64,000 bases of DNA, from NCBI GenBank assembly GCA_046052125.1, contig JBJOMY010000002.1:160001-224000 (forward strand), in the 5' to 3' direction. The stretch comes from Cyanobacteriota bacterium. Lineage in GTDB: Bacteria; Cyanobacteriota; Cyanobacteriia; PCC-6307; Cyanobiaceae. The notes beneath the pieces were generated by a model. It did no database searches. It had not been told where the DNA came from and was given only the letters and a program-made list of their open reading frames with translations. Position numbers and translations under genes: made by a program. Shown one piece after another: positions 10,022 to 20,697 of the stretch (its first letter is position 1; each line of letters begins with the position of its first letter).

Positions 10022-10821
10022 GGCAAGGAAGAGTCGTCCACCGGCACTGTGGCGCTGGCGTAGAGCGCACGCAACGAGGCAGCGGTCAACGCTTGCCGCT
10101 GCAGAGCCGACCAGTCGCCAATCACCTCACCCGCCTGCAGCATCACCAGGCGATCGCCGTAGTGCAGGGCCTGCTCCAGGCTGTGGGTGACCATCAAGGT
10201 GGTGGTGCCCAAGCGAGCCACCAACCGGGCGGTGAGTGCCATCACACCGGCTTCAGCGCGGGGATCCAGAGCGGCGGTGTGTTCATCGAGCAGCAGCAGC
10301 CGCGGTTCGCCCAGGCTGGCCATCACCAGGCTGATGGTCTGCCGCTGACCTCCGGAGAGCTCGCCCACCGGCGTATCCAGGCGATCCGCCAGCGGCAGAC
10401 CCAGATCATCGAGCAGGGCGGCATAGCGGCGCTGATCGCCGCGGCCGGGATGGAGACCGAACAGGGCCCCGGGGGAGAGCAGGGAGCGGCGGCGGCACTC
10501 AGCTAGGCGCAGGTTTTCAGCGATGGTGAGCCCTGGCGCCGTGCCATCCAGCGGGTTCTGCATCACCCGTCCGATGGCACGGGCGCGCCGATGCTCCGGC
10601 AGGCGCAGCAGCTCACGCCCCTCCAGCTGCACTGAGCCCGCTCCTGCAGGCAAACGTCCGGCAATCAGATTGAGCAACGTCGACTTACCGGAGCCATTGC
10701 TGCCGATCAGCACCAGGAACTGACCGCTGCTGCAGGACAGGCTGAAGTTGCTGAACAACTGACGCCAGCCGCCACCGGGCAGGGCATGGCCCCAGCTCAG
10801 CCCCGCAATCTCCAGGCTCAC
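10018..10821 (-). CDS. ABC transporter ATP-binding protein (COG1101-like)
   Basis: IGSNGSGKSTL, RVMQNPLDGTAP, LSGGQRQ, LLDEHTAALDP. Confidence 0.9.
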   Translation of the reverse strand: MSLEIAGLSWGHALPGGGWRQLFSNFSLSCSSGQFLVLIGSNGSGKSTLLNLIAGRLPAGAGSVQLEGRELLRLPEHRRARAIGRVMQNPLDGTAPGLTIAENLRLAECRRRSLLSPGALFGLHPGRGDQRRYAALLDDLGLPLADRLDTPVGELSGGQRQTISLVMASLGEPRLLLLDEHTAALDPRAEAGVMALTARLVARLGTTTLMVTHSLEQALHYGDRLVMLQAGEVIGDWSALQRQALTAASLRALYASATVPVDDSSLP

Positions 10822-11678
10822 GCCTCACCCCCGGGAGCCGACAGCCCAGGGATGCGCAACCGGCCCAAGCCCAAAGCCGCCAATAGCAGCAATGCCGTGG
10901 CCAGCTTGAGATCCACCGGATCCAAACCCAGCTGGAGGGCCAGGGCGATCATGGCGCGGAACAGCACCGACCCCACCACCACCGCCACCAGCGACCAGCC
11001 GACTGAACGGGGCCGCAGCACCGACTCACCAACAATCACCGCCCCCAGGCCAAGGATCAGGGAGCCGAGGCCCATGGTGACGTCGGCAAAACCCTGATAG
11101 GTGGCGACCAGCGCACCGGCCAAAGCCACCATGGCGTTGCCGGCGGCGATGCCCAGGGTGAGGCCACGGCGGGTGGAGATGGCATTGGAGCGGGCCATCA
11201 CCGGGTTGTTGCCAATGGCCCGCAGCGCCAGGCCGAGATCGGTGCGCAGCAGCAAGGCCAACAGCGCGATCAAACCGATCACCACCAACAGCAGAGCGAT
11301 CAGCCACTGCATGTCGCTGCTCACCGCCAGCTGCACATCGGTGAGCGGGATGTTGGAGCGACCCATCAACCGGAGGGTGATCGAATACAGCCCCGTGGTG
11401 GTGAGGATGCCGGCGAACAGATCATTCACCCCAAGGCGGGTGTGGATCAGTCCGGTCACCATTCCAGCGAGGGCCCCCAAACCGACTGCCACCAGCAGAG
11501 CCACCGGCACCGCCACCTGCTCACTGAGCAGCAGGGCGGCGCTGCCACCACCGAGGGCGAAGGAGCCATCCACCGTGATGTCGGCGAAGTTGAGCACCCG
11601 CAGGGTGAGGTACACGCCGAGAGCGAGGCCGGCATAGGCCAGGCCCTGGTCGATGGCGCCGATCCAGAGGGTGAGCAT
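10818..11678 (-). CDS. ABC transporter permease (COG4120-like)
   Basis: LRVLNFADITVDGSF, LYSITLRLMGRSNIPL, YQGFADVTMG. Confidence 0.9.
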   Translation of the reverse strand: MLTLWIGAIDQGLAYAGLALGVYLTLRVLNFADITVDGSFALGGGSAALLLSEQVAVPVALLVAVGLGALAGMVTGLIHTRLGVNDLFAGILTTTGLYSITLRLMGRSNIPLTDVQLAVSSDMQWLIALLLVVIGLIALLALLLRTDLGLALRAIGNNPVMARSNAISTRRGLTLGIAAGNAMVALAGALVATYQGFADVTMGLGSLILGLGAVIVGESVLRPRSVGWSLVAVVVGSVLFRAMIALALQLGLDPVDLKLATALLLLAALGLGRLRIPGLSAPGGEA

Positions 11679-11713
11679 GGCTGCATTGTGCCGAGATCAG
11701 TCGGCGCTGCCCT

Positions 11714-12397
11714 TCAACTGCGGAACAAGCGTGAATAGAGCTCCGCATGTTGGAGTTGCGCCAAGCCCGCACCCACGCCGCCGTTGTGCAGCTGCCGAGG
11801 GTCTCGCTGGGCCAGATCCTGCGCCCGTTCAGCAATCAGAGCGGCCAGAGCGAGCTGCAGGCGCTGCCCCTGGGTGGGCCCGAGCGGCACCAGACGCACC
11901 GCAGCACTGATCTGATTGGCAACCCAGCTGTAGAGGTAGGCCTCCTCCATGGCGGGTGAGCCGATCTCCAGGCACAGGCTCGCCCAGGCAAAGGCTGCTG
12001 GCCAGGCCAGCAATGGCGCACCCGGGCAGAGGGGCCAACCCAGATCCGCCAGCAGCTGCAACAGCGACTGCCCCATCTGACGCTGCTGAGCCCGCACCTC
12101 CGCCGCCTCCCGCTGGGCGAGCAGCCAGCCATCGAGCTCCGCCGCCGCGCTCAGATCAGCGCCACCCCCCTGATGCAGACGCAACACGCTCTGCAACGCC
12201 GAGAGCCCCGCCGCTTCAAGGGCCACGGCACCGCGACGGAGCTCATCGCTCAGCCAGTACTCGAGGGCTTCAGCGCCGGCGATCGCCCCGCGCTGCACCA
12301 GCACTTCCAGGCCTTCCGAGTAGCTGAACGCCCCCACCGGCAAGGCCGGACTCACCAGCTGAAACAGCCTCAGGCGGGCGGCGTCAGCGCTGCTCAC
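11714..12397 (-). CDS. ureF: Urease accessory protein
   Basis: SPALPVGAFSYSEGLE; C-terminal YSRLFRS. Confidence 0.95.
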   Translation of the reverse strand: MSSADAARLRLFQLVSPALPVGAFSYSEGLEVLVQRGAIAGAEALEYWLSDELRRGAVALEAAGLSALQSVLRLHQGGGADLSAAAELDGWLLAQREAAEVRAQQRQMGQSLLQLLADLGWPLCPGAPLLAWPAAFAWASLCLEIGSPAMEEAYLYSWVANQISAAVRLVPLGPTQGQRLQLALAALIAERAQDLAQRDPRQLHNGGVGAGLAQLQHAELYSRLFRS

Positions 12398-12885
12398 GGG
12401 TGGTGGTGGCTATGGGCGTGGTGGTGGCCGAGCCCCTCGTAGGCACCGGCCTCCGGCTGGAAGGGCAACTGCAACAGGTCCACCGTCAGGCCCCGTTGCC
12501 GCAGCAGTTCGGCGAGCACGGGATCCTGCAGCACCACCAGGCGATCGGCATGGAGCTCCATCGCCACGTGGCGATTGCCGAGGTGATACGCGGCCTGCAG
12601 CAGAGCGAGGGGGTCAGCACTGCGCACCTGCATCACCGGCTCGGGTGCGGCTTGCACCTGCACCTGCACCGCGCCGTCGTCGCTGAGTAGACGTTCACCT
12701 GGCCGCAGGGCGGCGCCGCGGGGCAATTGCAGCAGCAGGTCACGGCCACAGGCGGAGCGCCGATGACCGCGCAGGCTGGTGCGTTCATCAGCCGCCAAAA
12801 GCAGTTGCAGCGGCTCGAGATCCACGGGCGGGGGCACTTGATCCGCCAGACGCTCCACCAACAGGATCGGGGCTTGCTCCGGCAT
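12394..12885 (-). CDS. ureE: Urease nickel metallochaperone
   Basis: AYHLGNRH, FQPEAGAY, His-rich tail HHHAHSHHHP; start uncertain (12885 or 12903). Confidence 0.93.
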   Translation of the reverse strand: MPEQAPILLVERLADQVPPPVDLEPLQLLLAADERTSLRGHRRSACGRDLLLQLPRGAALRPGERLLSDDGAVQVQVQAAPEPVMQVRSADPLALLQAAYHLGNRHVAMELHADRLVVLQDPVLAELLRQRGLTVDLLQLPFQPEAGAYEGLGHHHAHSHHHP

Positions 12886-12934
12886 CTCCAGCTCTGGCTC
12901 CACGGCACACTGATCGGCGAGGGGGCACCTCCCT

Positions 12935-12948
12935 GTGATCATCGCTAC
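12935..12948 (-). promoter_or_regulatory. NtcA-like site at the ureE/ureD divergence
   Basis: Minus strand GTAGCGATGATCAC, followed 22 nt later by CAGTGT (-10-like) toward ureE. Confidence 0.55.
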
Positions 12949-13855
12949 CGCTTCAACGGCCGCAGCCGCCTCGGGCTGGAGCGCCTCCGCCAACCTGCGC
13001 TTCAGCCAGCGCAACGGCATCACCCATCACCAGGGGGGAGCCAGTGCCCCGCTGAAGCTGATGCGCAGCTTTAGCCAGAGCAGCGGCCACTGCGAGCTAC
13101 CGCTGCTGCACACCGCCGGCGGCCTGGTGGGGGGCGACCGGCTGCAACTCGACGCTGAGCTGCAAACCGGCAGCCGCGCCCTGATCACCAGCGTGGCCGC
13201 CCAGAAGGTGTATGGCAGCGTGCGCCGCTCCCGTCTCCACCCCGAAGGCTCCTGGGCGAGCCAACAGCTGCACTTCCGCCAGGCTGAAGGCAGCGATCTG
13301 GAGTGGCTGCCCCAGGAGCTGGTGCTCTATGCCGATGCGCTCTACCAGCAGGATCTGCGGGTGGAGTTGGCTCAAGGCGCCAGCTTCCTGGCCATGGAGG
13401 TGGTGCGGCTGGGGCGCACCGCAGCAGGAGAAAAGCTGGGAGAAGGCCGCTGGCGCTCCTGCGTGGAGATCCAGCGCCTGGCCACCCCAACCGCTGCCCC
13501 GTGCTGGGAGCTGGTGGATCGGCTCGAGCTGGGGGGCGATGGCCTGGCAGCGGAGCACGGCATGGCGGGCCTGCCGGTGTTCGGCTCGCTGGTGTGGGCC
13601 GCACCACAGCCATTACCGGCTGAGCAGCTGCAACACCTGCTCGAGCAGGCGCGCTCAGCCCGCAACGGCCTGGAAGGGTCCATGGCCTGCGGCCCGCTGG
13701 AGCAGGGCCTCGTGGCCCGCTATCGCGGCCCCTCCAGCCAGGCGGCCCGCTTCTGGTTCTGCCGGCTGTGGGCGCTGATCAGAGAGCAACGGGGGCAAGC
13801 CGCGCCGCAACTGCCGCGGGTGTGGCCGTTCCAGGAGAACCCCTTTGCAGCTTGA
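12935..13855 (+). CDS. ureD: Urease accessory protein
   Basis: LLHTAGGLVGGD, TSVAAQKVYGS, LEWLPQE, PRVWP. Confidence 0.93.
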   Translation: MIIATASTAAAASGWSASANLRFSQRNGITHHQGGASAPLKLMRSFSQSSGHCELPLLHTAGGLVGGDRLQLDAELQTGSRALITSVAAQKVYGSVRRSRLHPEGSWASQQLHFRQAEGSDLEWLPQELVLYADALYQQDLRVELAQGASFLAMEVVRLGRTAAGEKLGEGRWRSCVEIQRLATPTAAPCWELVDRLELGGDGLAAEHGMAGLPVFGSLVWAAPQPLPAEQLQHLLEQARSARNGLEGSMACGPLEQGLVARYRGPSSQAARFWFCRLWALIREQRGQAAPQLPRVWPFQENPFAA

Positions 13856-13951
13856 GCGCCGCTCAAGTGTTCAGGCTGAACACAATCGTGCACGGGCGCC
13901 GATCACAGTGATTGCGTTGACTGGGAGTCCCGGTCTGGCCCACCCCCTGCC

Positions 13952-14254
13952 ATGCATCTGACCCCTCAGGAGAAGGACAAGCTCCTGATCGTGACCGCGG
14001 CGCTGCTGGCGGAACGACGCCTCAACCGCGGCCTCAAGCTCAACCACCCGGAAGCGGTGGCCTGGCTGAGCTTCCAGGTGCTCGAAGGCGCCCGCGATGG
14101 GAAGAGCGTGGCCGAGCTGATGCAGGAGGGCACCACCTGGCTGAGCCGGGATCAGGTGATGGAGGGCATTCCCGAACTCGTGCATGAAGTGCAGATCGAG
14201 GCGGTGTTCCCCGACGGCACCAAGCTCGTGACCCTGCACGACCCGATTCGCTGA
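13952..14254 (+). CDS. ureA: Urease gamma subunit
   Basis: [11 protein letters not shown]...[14 protein letters not shown]. Confidence 0.98.
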   Translation: MHLTPQEKDKLLIVTAALLAERRLNRGLKLNHPEAVAWLSFQVLEGARDGKSVAELMQEGTTWLSRDQVMEGIPELVHEVQIEAVFPDGTKLVTLHDPIR

Positions 14255-14273
14255 CCACCCCCGCCGCAATCCC

Positions 14274-14606
14274 ATGGCATCACTGACTTCCAGGGGCCTC
14301 ATCCCCGGCGAACTGCTCCCTGAACCCGGCGAGCTCGAACTCAACGCCGGCCGGCCCGTCACCACCGTGCTGGTGGCCAACACGGGCGATCGCCCCGTGC
14401 AGGTGGGATCGCACTTCCACTTTTTTGAAGTGAACGCAGCGCTGGAGTTCGACCGAGAGGCCACCCGCGGCCAACGGCTCGACATCCCTGCCGGGACGGC
14501 GGTGCGCTTTGAGCCCGGCGATAGCCGCGAAGTGCAGCTGGTGCCCTTTGCCGGCGAACGGCGCATCTACGGCTTCAACGGCCTGGTGAACGGCCCCCTC
14601 GACTGA
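14274..14606 (+). CDS. ureB: Urease beta subunit
   Basis: [30 protein letters not shown]. Confidence 0.98.
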   Translation: MASLTSRGLIPGELLPEPGELELNAGRPVTTVLVANTGDRPVQVGSHFHFFEVNAALEFDREATRGQRLDIPAGTAVRFEPGDSREVQLVPFAGERRIYGFNGLVNGPLD

Positions 14607-14612
14607 TCTCCC

Positions 14613-16309
<1,697 letters not shown>

Positions 16310-16325
<16 letters not shown>

Positions 16326-16708
16326 ACCAGGGGCGGCACCCGCGGCAGGGGCCGATCCAGCTGCACACCAATCACCTGCAGGGCCCCCAGCCCGTCGGCC
16401 GGGGTGCTCCAGCGCAGGGTGGCGGGCAAACGCACTGCTGCAAAAGCGGGGTGGTTGCTTACATCGAGCAGCAGGGGGCAACCCGACGAAAGCGCCGCGT
16501 TGGCCTGCACCAGCAGAGCCAATCCGCCATGGCTGATGTCGAGGATGTCGGCGCTGAGCCAGGCGCCGGGTGGCGCTGCCTGAGGCAGCGCGCGCAGTTG
16601 CACCGGCAGCACGCTGCCCACGGGCAGGCGGGGGTCGTGACGGCGATTGAGTGGCGCTCCCACCTCGTCCCACAGGGGTTGATCCAGCGGTGGGAACGGC
16701 CCGGCCAT
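16310..16708 (-). CDS. Single-domain PilZ protein
   Basis: RRHDPR (RxxxR) and DISHGG (DxSxxG) c-di-GMP motifs; beta-barrel pattern ending IGVQL. Confidence 0.75.
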
Positions 16709-16757
16709 GGGCTGAACGCTAGGCAGCGTGCAGGCGTCGGGGCAACCCTGCGCTTCC

Positions 16758-16799
16758 GTAGCAACAGCAACCTGGGGGGGCCAGGGAGCTCTGCATGAT
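16758..16799 (+). promoter_or_regulatory. NtcA-type promoter of the ATP-grasp operon
   Basis: GTAGCAACAGCAAC (GTA-N8-AAC), 22-nt spacer, CATGAT, then ATG at 16821. Confidence 0.65.
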
Positions 16800-16820
16800 C
16801 ACGCCACCGCAGGCTCGGCG

Positions 16821-18260
16821 ATGTTCACCGACTACCGGCCCAGCAAGGGCTACGACGAATATTTCAGTGCCAGCGAGGAGCCCCGCCGCGCTCTGCAGCC
16901 CCTGCTCTCCTCCCTGGGCGCGCTCGGGCTGGAGCAGCTGAACCGCAACCACGCCGCGGCCGGCATGTTGCTCAAGCGCCTGGGAGCCACCTTCCGGCTC
17001 AACGACTCCGGCAGCCGCGGCGGCGAGCGCATCCTGCCCTTTGATCCCCTGCCCCGTCTGATCGGCGCCAGCGATTGGGAGCAGCTGCAGCGCGGCCTAA
17101 TCCAGCGCCTGGAGGCGATTGATCTGTTCCTGGCGGATGTGTATGGCGATCAGGCGATCCTTCGCGATGGCGTGATCCCCAGGGAAGACGTGGAGAGCTC
17201 CCAGGGCTGGCGCCCCCAGCTCCGCGGCTTCCGGCCGCCTCTGGGCAAGTGGTGCCAGATCTCCGGCCTGGATCTGATCCGCGATGGCCTGGGCACCTGG
17301 CGGGTGCTGGAGGACAACCTGCGCTGCCCTTCGGGAGTGGCCTACTTCCTCGAGAACCGGCGCGTGATGAAGCGCATGTTCCCGAGCCTGTTCAGCGGCC
17401 GCACCGTGCAGCCGATCGACAGCTATCCCTCTCAGCTGCTGCAGACCCTGCGGGATCTAGCCCCTTGGACCGAAGCCCCGCGGGTGGTTCTGCTCACGCC
17501 GGGGGTGTTCAACAGCGCCTACTTCGAGCACAGCTACCTGGCCCAGCAGATGGGCATCTCCCTGGTGGAGGGCCGGGATCTGGCCTGTCAGGACGGACGG
17601 GTGTGGATGCGCACCACCCAGGGGCTGGAGCCGGTGGATGTGATCTACCGCCGCATCGACGACGACTTCCTCGATCCGGCCGTGTTCCGCAGCGATTCAA
17701 TGCTGGGGGTGCGCGGCCTGATGGAGGTGTACGCCCAGGGCCGCGTGGCGATCGCCAACGCACCGGGCACCGGCGTGGCCGACGACAAGCTCATCTACGC
17801 CTACGTACCCGAGATGGTGCGGTATTACCTGGGCGAGGAACCGATCATCGAGAACGTTCCCACCTATCTCTGCTCCAGGCCCGATGACCAGGCCTACGTG
17901 CTGGCGCACCTAAACGAGCTGGTGGTGAAGGCGGTGTCGGAAGCGGGCGGCTACGGGATGCTGATCGGCCCCCATGCCAGCCAGGCCGAGATCCTCGAGT
18001 TCGCCGAGAAGATCAAGGCCGATCCGCGCAATTTCATCGCCCAGCCCACGCTGGAGCTCTCCACCGTGCCCTCCCTGAGTGAAGGAGAGCTGTATCCCTG
18101 CCACGTGGATCTGCGGCCCTATGTGCTGCGGGGCAAAGACTCCTGGGTGACCCCCGGCGGCCTCACCCGGGTGGCGCTCAAACGGGGTTCGCTGGTGGTG
18201 AATTCATCCCAGGGCGGCGGCTGCAAAGACACCTGGATCGTGGAGGAAGCCGCATGCTGA
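16821..18260 (+). CDS. Circularly permuted type 2 ATP-grasp protein
   Basis: YDEYF, VLEDNLRCPSGVAY, YFEHSYLA, IYRRIDDDFLDP, HVDLRP, NSSQGGGCKDTW. Confidence 0.93.
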   Translation: MFTDYRPSKGYDEYFSASEEPRRALQPLLSSLGALGLEQLNRNHAAAGMLLKRLGATFRLNDSGSRGGERILPFDPLPRLIGASDWEQLQRGLIQRLEAIDLFLADVYGDQAILRDGVIPREDVESSQGWRPQLRGFRPPLGKWCQISGLDLIRDGLGTWRVLEDNLRCPSGVAYFLENRRVMKRMFPSLFSGRTVQPIDSYPSQLLQTLRDLAPWTEAPRVVLLTPGVFNSAYFEHSYLAQQMGISLVEGRDLACQDGRVWMRTTQGLEPVDVIYRRIDDDFLDPAVFRSDSMLGVRGLMEVYAQGRVAIANAPGTGVADDKLIYAYVPEMVRYYLGEEPIIENVPTYLCSRPDDQAYVLAHLNELVVKAVSEAGGYGMLIGPHASQAEILEFAEKIKADPRNFIAQPTLELSTVPSLSEGELYPCHVDLRPYVLRGKDSWVTPGGLTRVALKRGSLVVNSSQGGGCKDTWIVEEAAC

Positions 18261-19249
18261 GCCGCGTTGCCGATTCGCTCTACTGGATCAATCGCTACGT
18301 AGAGCGCGCCGAGAACCTCTCTCGCTTCGTGGAGGTGAGCGAGGCCATGGCGCTCGACTGCCCGCCTGGCAGCGCTGAACCCTGGCAGCCGCTAATCGAT
18401 GCCAGCGGCGATCGCGAACTGTTTGATCAGCTCTATCCCAACGGTGGACCCGAGCAGGTGGTGGAGTTTCTGGTGAAGGCCGAGGCCAACCCCAGCAGCA
18501 TCGTGAACTGCATCGCCCTGGCCCGCGAGAACGCCCGCCAGATCCGCGATGTGATCACCACCGAGATGTGGGAGCAGATCAACGGCCTCTACTGGACCCT
18601 GCTGGAGAGCGAGAGCTTCTGGCACCAGCCGCCCCAGGAACAGCTGCGCGAGATCCGGCGCGGTTGCCAACTCTTCTATGGCATCACCGATGCCACCCTC
18701 AGCCGCGATCTCTCCTGGCAGTTCAGCCGTTTGGGCCGCTTGATCGAGCGCGCCGATAAGACGACGCGCATCCTCGATGTGAAGTACTTCCTGCTGCTGC
18801 CCAGCCCGGAGGAAGTGGGTGGCGTTCTGGATGAACTGCAGTGGATCTCCCTCCTGCGCACCGCCGGCGCCTATCAGATGTTCCGCCAGTCGCAGCAAGG
18901 TGTGATCGCGCCAAGGGCGGTGGCGGCCTTCCTCTTGCTCGATCCGAGCTTCCCCCGCTCGGTGCGCTACTGCCTCGATCGCATCCACGAAACCTTGCAG
19001 GTGGTGGCGGCCAGCCCTGTGCCCGGCAACCCCGACGCGCTCGAATGCCTCAGCGGCCTCACCCGCGCCCGCTGGAGCTACACCGGCATCGATGAGTTGA
19101 TCGCCGGTGGCCTGCACGAGGCGATCGACGCGCTTCAACAAGATCTGAATAGCCTTCACGAGCTGATCCACTCGCGCTACTTCGTGTTGCCGAGCCTGGC
19201 CCCAGCAGCAACCGCCACCAGTGACGACCTGGCATGCGCGCCCGCCTGA
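18254..19249 (+). CDS. Alpha-E domain protein
   Basis: MLSRVADSLYWINRYVERAEN and GRLIERADKTTRILDVK (two ER motifs), FPRSV. Confidence 0.93.
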   Translation: MLSRVADSLYWINRYVERAENLSRFVEVSEAMALDCPPGSAEPWQPLIDASGDRELFDQLYPNGGPEQVVEFLVKAEANPSSIVNCIALARENARQIRDVITTEMWEQINGLYWTLLESESFWHQPPQEQLREIRRGCQLFYGITDATLSRDLSWQFSRLGRLIERADKTTRILDVKYFLLLPSPEEVGGVLDELQWISLLRTAGAYQMFRQSQQGVIAPRAVAAFLLLDPSFPRSVRYCLDRIHETLQVVAASPVPGNPDALECLSGLTRARWSYTGIDELIAGGLHEAIDALQQDLNSLHELIHSRYFVLPSLAPAATATSDDLACAPA

Positions 19250-20103
19250 TCCACCGGTTCGATTACCGCTACACCAAGCCCGTGGTGCTGGGTCCCCATC
19301 GCTTCTGCCTGCGGCCACGGCCCCATGGCTTTCAGCGCTTGATCGACTTCCGCCTGGAGATCTCTCCCGATCCCAGCCAGCTCTATGACCTATTGGCCGC
19401 CGGCGGCGACACGATCACCCGGGCCCGCTTCCTCGGGGAGAGCGATCACCTGCTGGTGGTGGCCACCAGCGAACTGGAAACCTTCAACCCTCCGCTGCTG
19501 GAGGCCTGCCTCGATGAGCCGATGGCGCAGCTGCCCGTGCAGATCGGCAAGCTCAACCCCGATCTCTTGAGCAACCTGCAGGGCTGGCTGCCCAACGGCC
19601 AGCACGATGCGGCGGCCGTGGATCTGGCCCAGGAAGCGCTGATGGGCAGCGATGGGCGCAGCCTCAACTTCCTGCAGCAGCTGATCGAGGTGATCCAGGA
19701 CCGGGTGAAGTACACCCAACGCCACGTGGGTCCGGCGTGGCCCGCTGGCCGCACCCTCAAGGAACGGGTGGGCTCCTGCCGCGATCTGGCGATGCTGATG
19801 ATCGAGTGCTGCCGCAGCGTGGGGCTGCCCGCCCGCTTTGTGAGCGGTTACCACCTGGTGGAACCCAAACCCGAGCGCTACGACCTGCACGCCTGGGCCG
19901 AGGTGTATCTGCAGGGAGCGGGCTGGCGCGGCTTTGACCCCAGCGGCAAGGGCGCCGTGGACGACCGCTACATCCCGGTGGCCACCTCGTCCCGCTCCGA
20001 TCTCACCGCGGCGGTGAGCGGCACCTTCTCCGGCCCACCCGGGGTGGAGAGCGAGCTGGAGTGGGAGATCACTGCCGAAATCTTGAGTTCTGCGCTGCGG
20101 TAG
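19234..20103 (+). CDS. Bacterial transglutaminase-like protein
   Basis: Catalytic triad segments GSCRD, HAWAEVY and GFDP; PARFVSGY. Confidence 0.92.
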   Translation: MRARLIHRFDYRYTKPVVLGPHRFCLRPRPHGFQRLIDFRLEISPDPSQLYDLLAAGGDTITRARFLGESDHLLVVATSELETFNPPLLEACLDEPMAQLPVQIGKLNPDLLSNLQGWLPNGQHDAAAVDLAQEALMGSDGRSLNFLQQLIEVIQDRVKYTQRHVGPAWPAGRTLKERVGSCRDLAMLMIECCRSVGLPARFVSGYHLVEPKPERYDLHAWAEVYLQGAGWRGFDPSGKGAVDDRYIPVATSSRSDLTAAVSGTFSGPPGVESELEWEITAEILSSALR

Positions 20104-20490
20104 CCGTTAGTGCTGCCGGATCGGCAGAGCCGCGCGTAGACAGACCCAGCCACCGCCGCCGGATGTTCCTCTCCAGCTGGAACTGCGCGAGGCGGGCAGC
20201 ACCACAATCGCGGCGCGCTGGCAATTGGCGAGTGAGTCCGGCGGTTTTGAGCTGCTCACTGATCCCCGCTCAGAGGCGATGGGCCATGAAGCGAGCGCGG
20301 CCCCTCTACGTGGCGCTGGGCAGCATTGCAGCACAGTCGATCTACGGCTTTGAAGCACCCGAAATCTGAAGGGAATCAGGCCTGAGGTTCAGCTTTTTTT
20401 CCTGAGCCTCAAGATTGATTGCGTGGGCAAAAACACACATGCCAGGTCGTGTCCGGCAGACGTAGAAACAGATCAGTACGGAGCCGATTC

Positions 20491-20694
20491 ATGGGCGGGC
20501 AGCTGCACCTTGTTGGCCTCACTGGCGATGGATGTCGGATTGCCCGCGATGGAGCCGGCGGCTACGTGGTGAACCACGCCGAGGTGGATGGCGCCTGGCA
20601 GCGGGTAGCCAACCTGCCCGCTGCCTATGCCGTCTGTGAACAGTTCAACCACCGCGAGGTGGTGCCGCTGCCCCGCCGCCGCGAGCAGGCCTGA
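20491..20694 (+). CDS. Small hypothetical protein (67 aa)
   Basis: ATG preceded by GGAG; host-like codon use; fills the gap and ends 3 nt from the convergent gene. Confidence 0.5.
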   Translation: MGGQLHLVGLTGDGCRIARDGAGGYVVNHAEVDGAWQRVANLPAAYAVCEQFNHREVVPLPRRREQA

Positions 20695-20697
20695 GAC

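Noticed and set aside
12886..13023. N-terminal extension of ureE overlapping ureD
   Set aside because: Overlaps the ureD coding region and the NtcA-like site; the downstream start fits normal UreE length.
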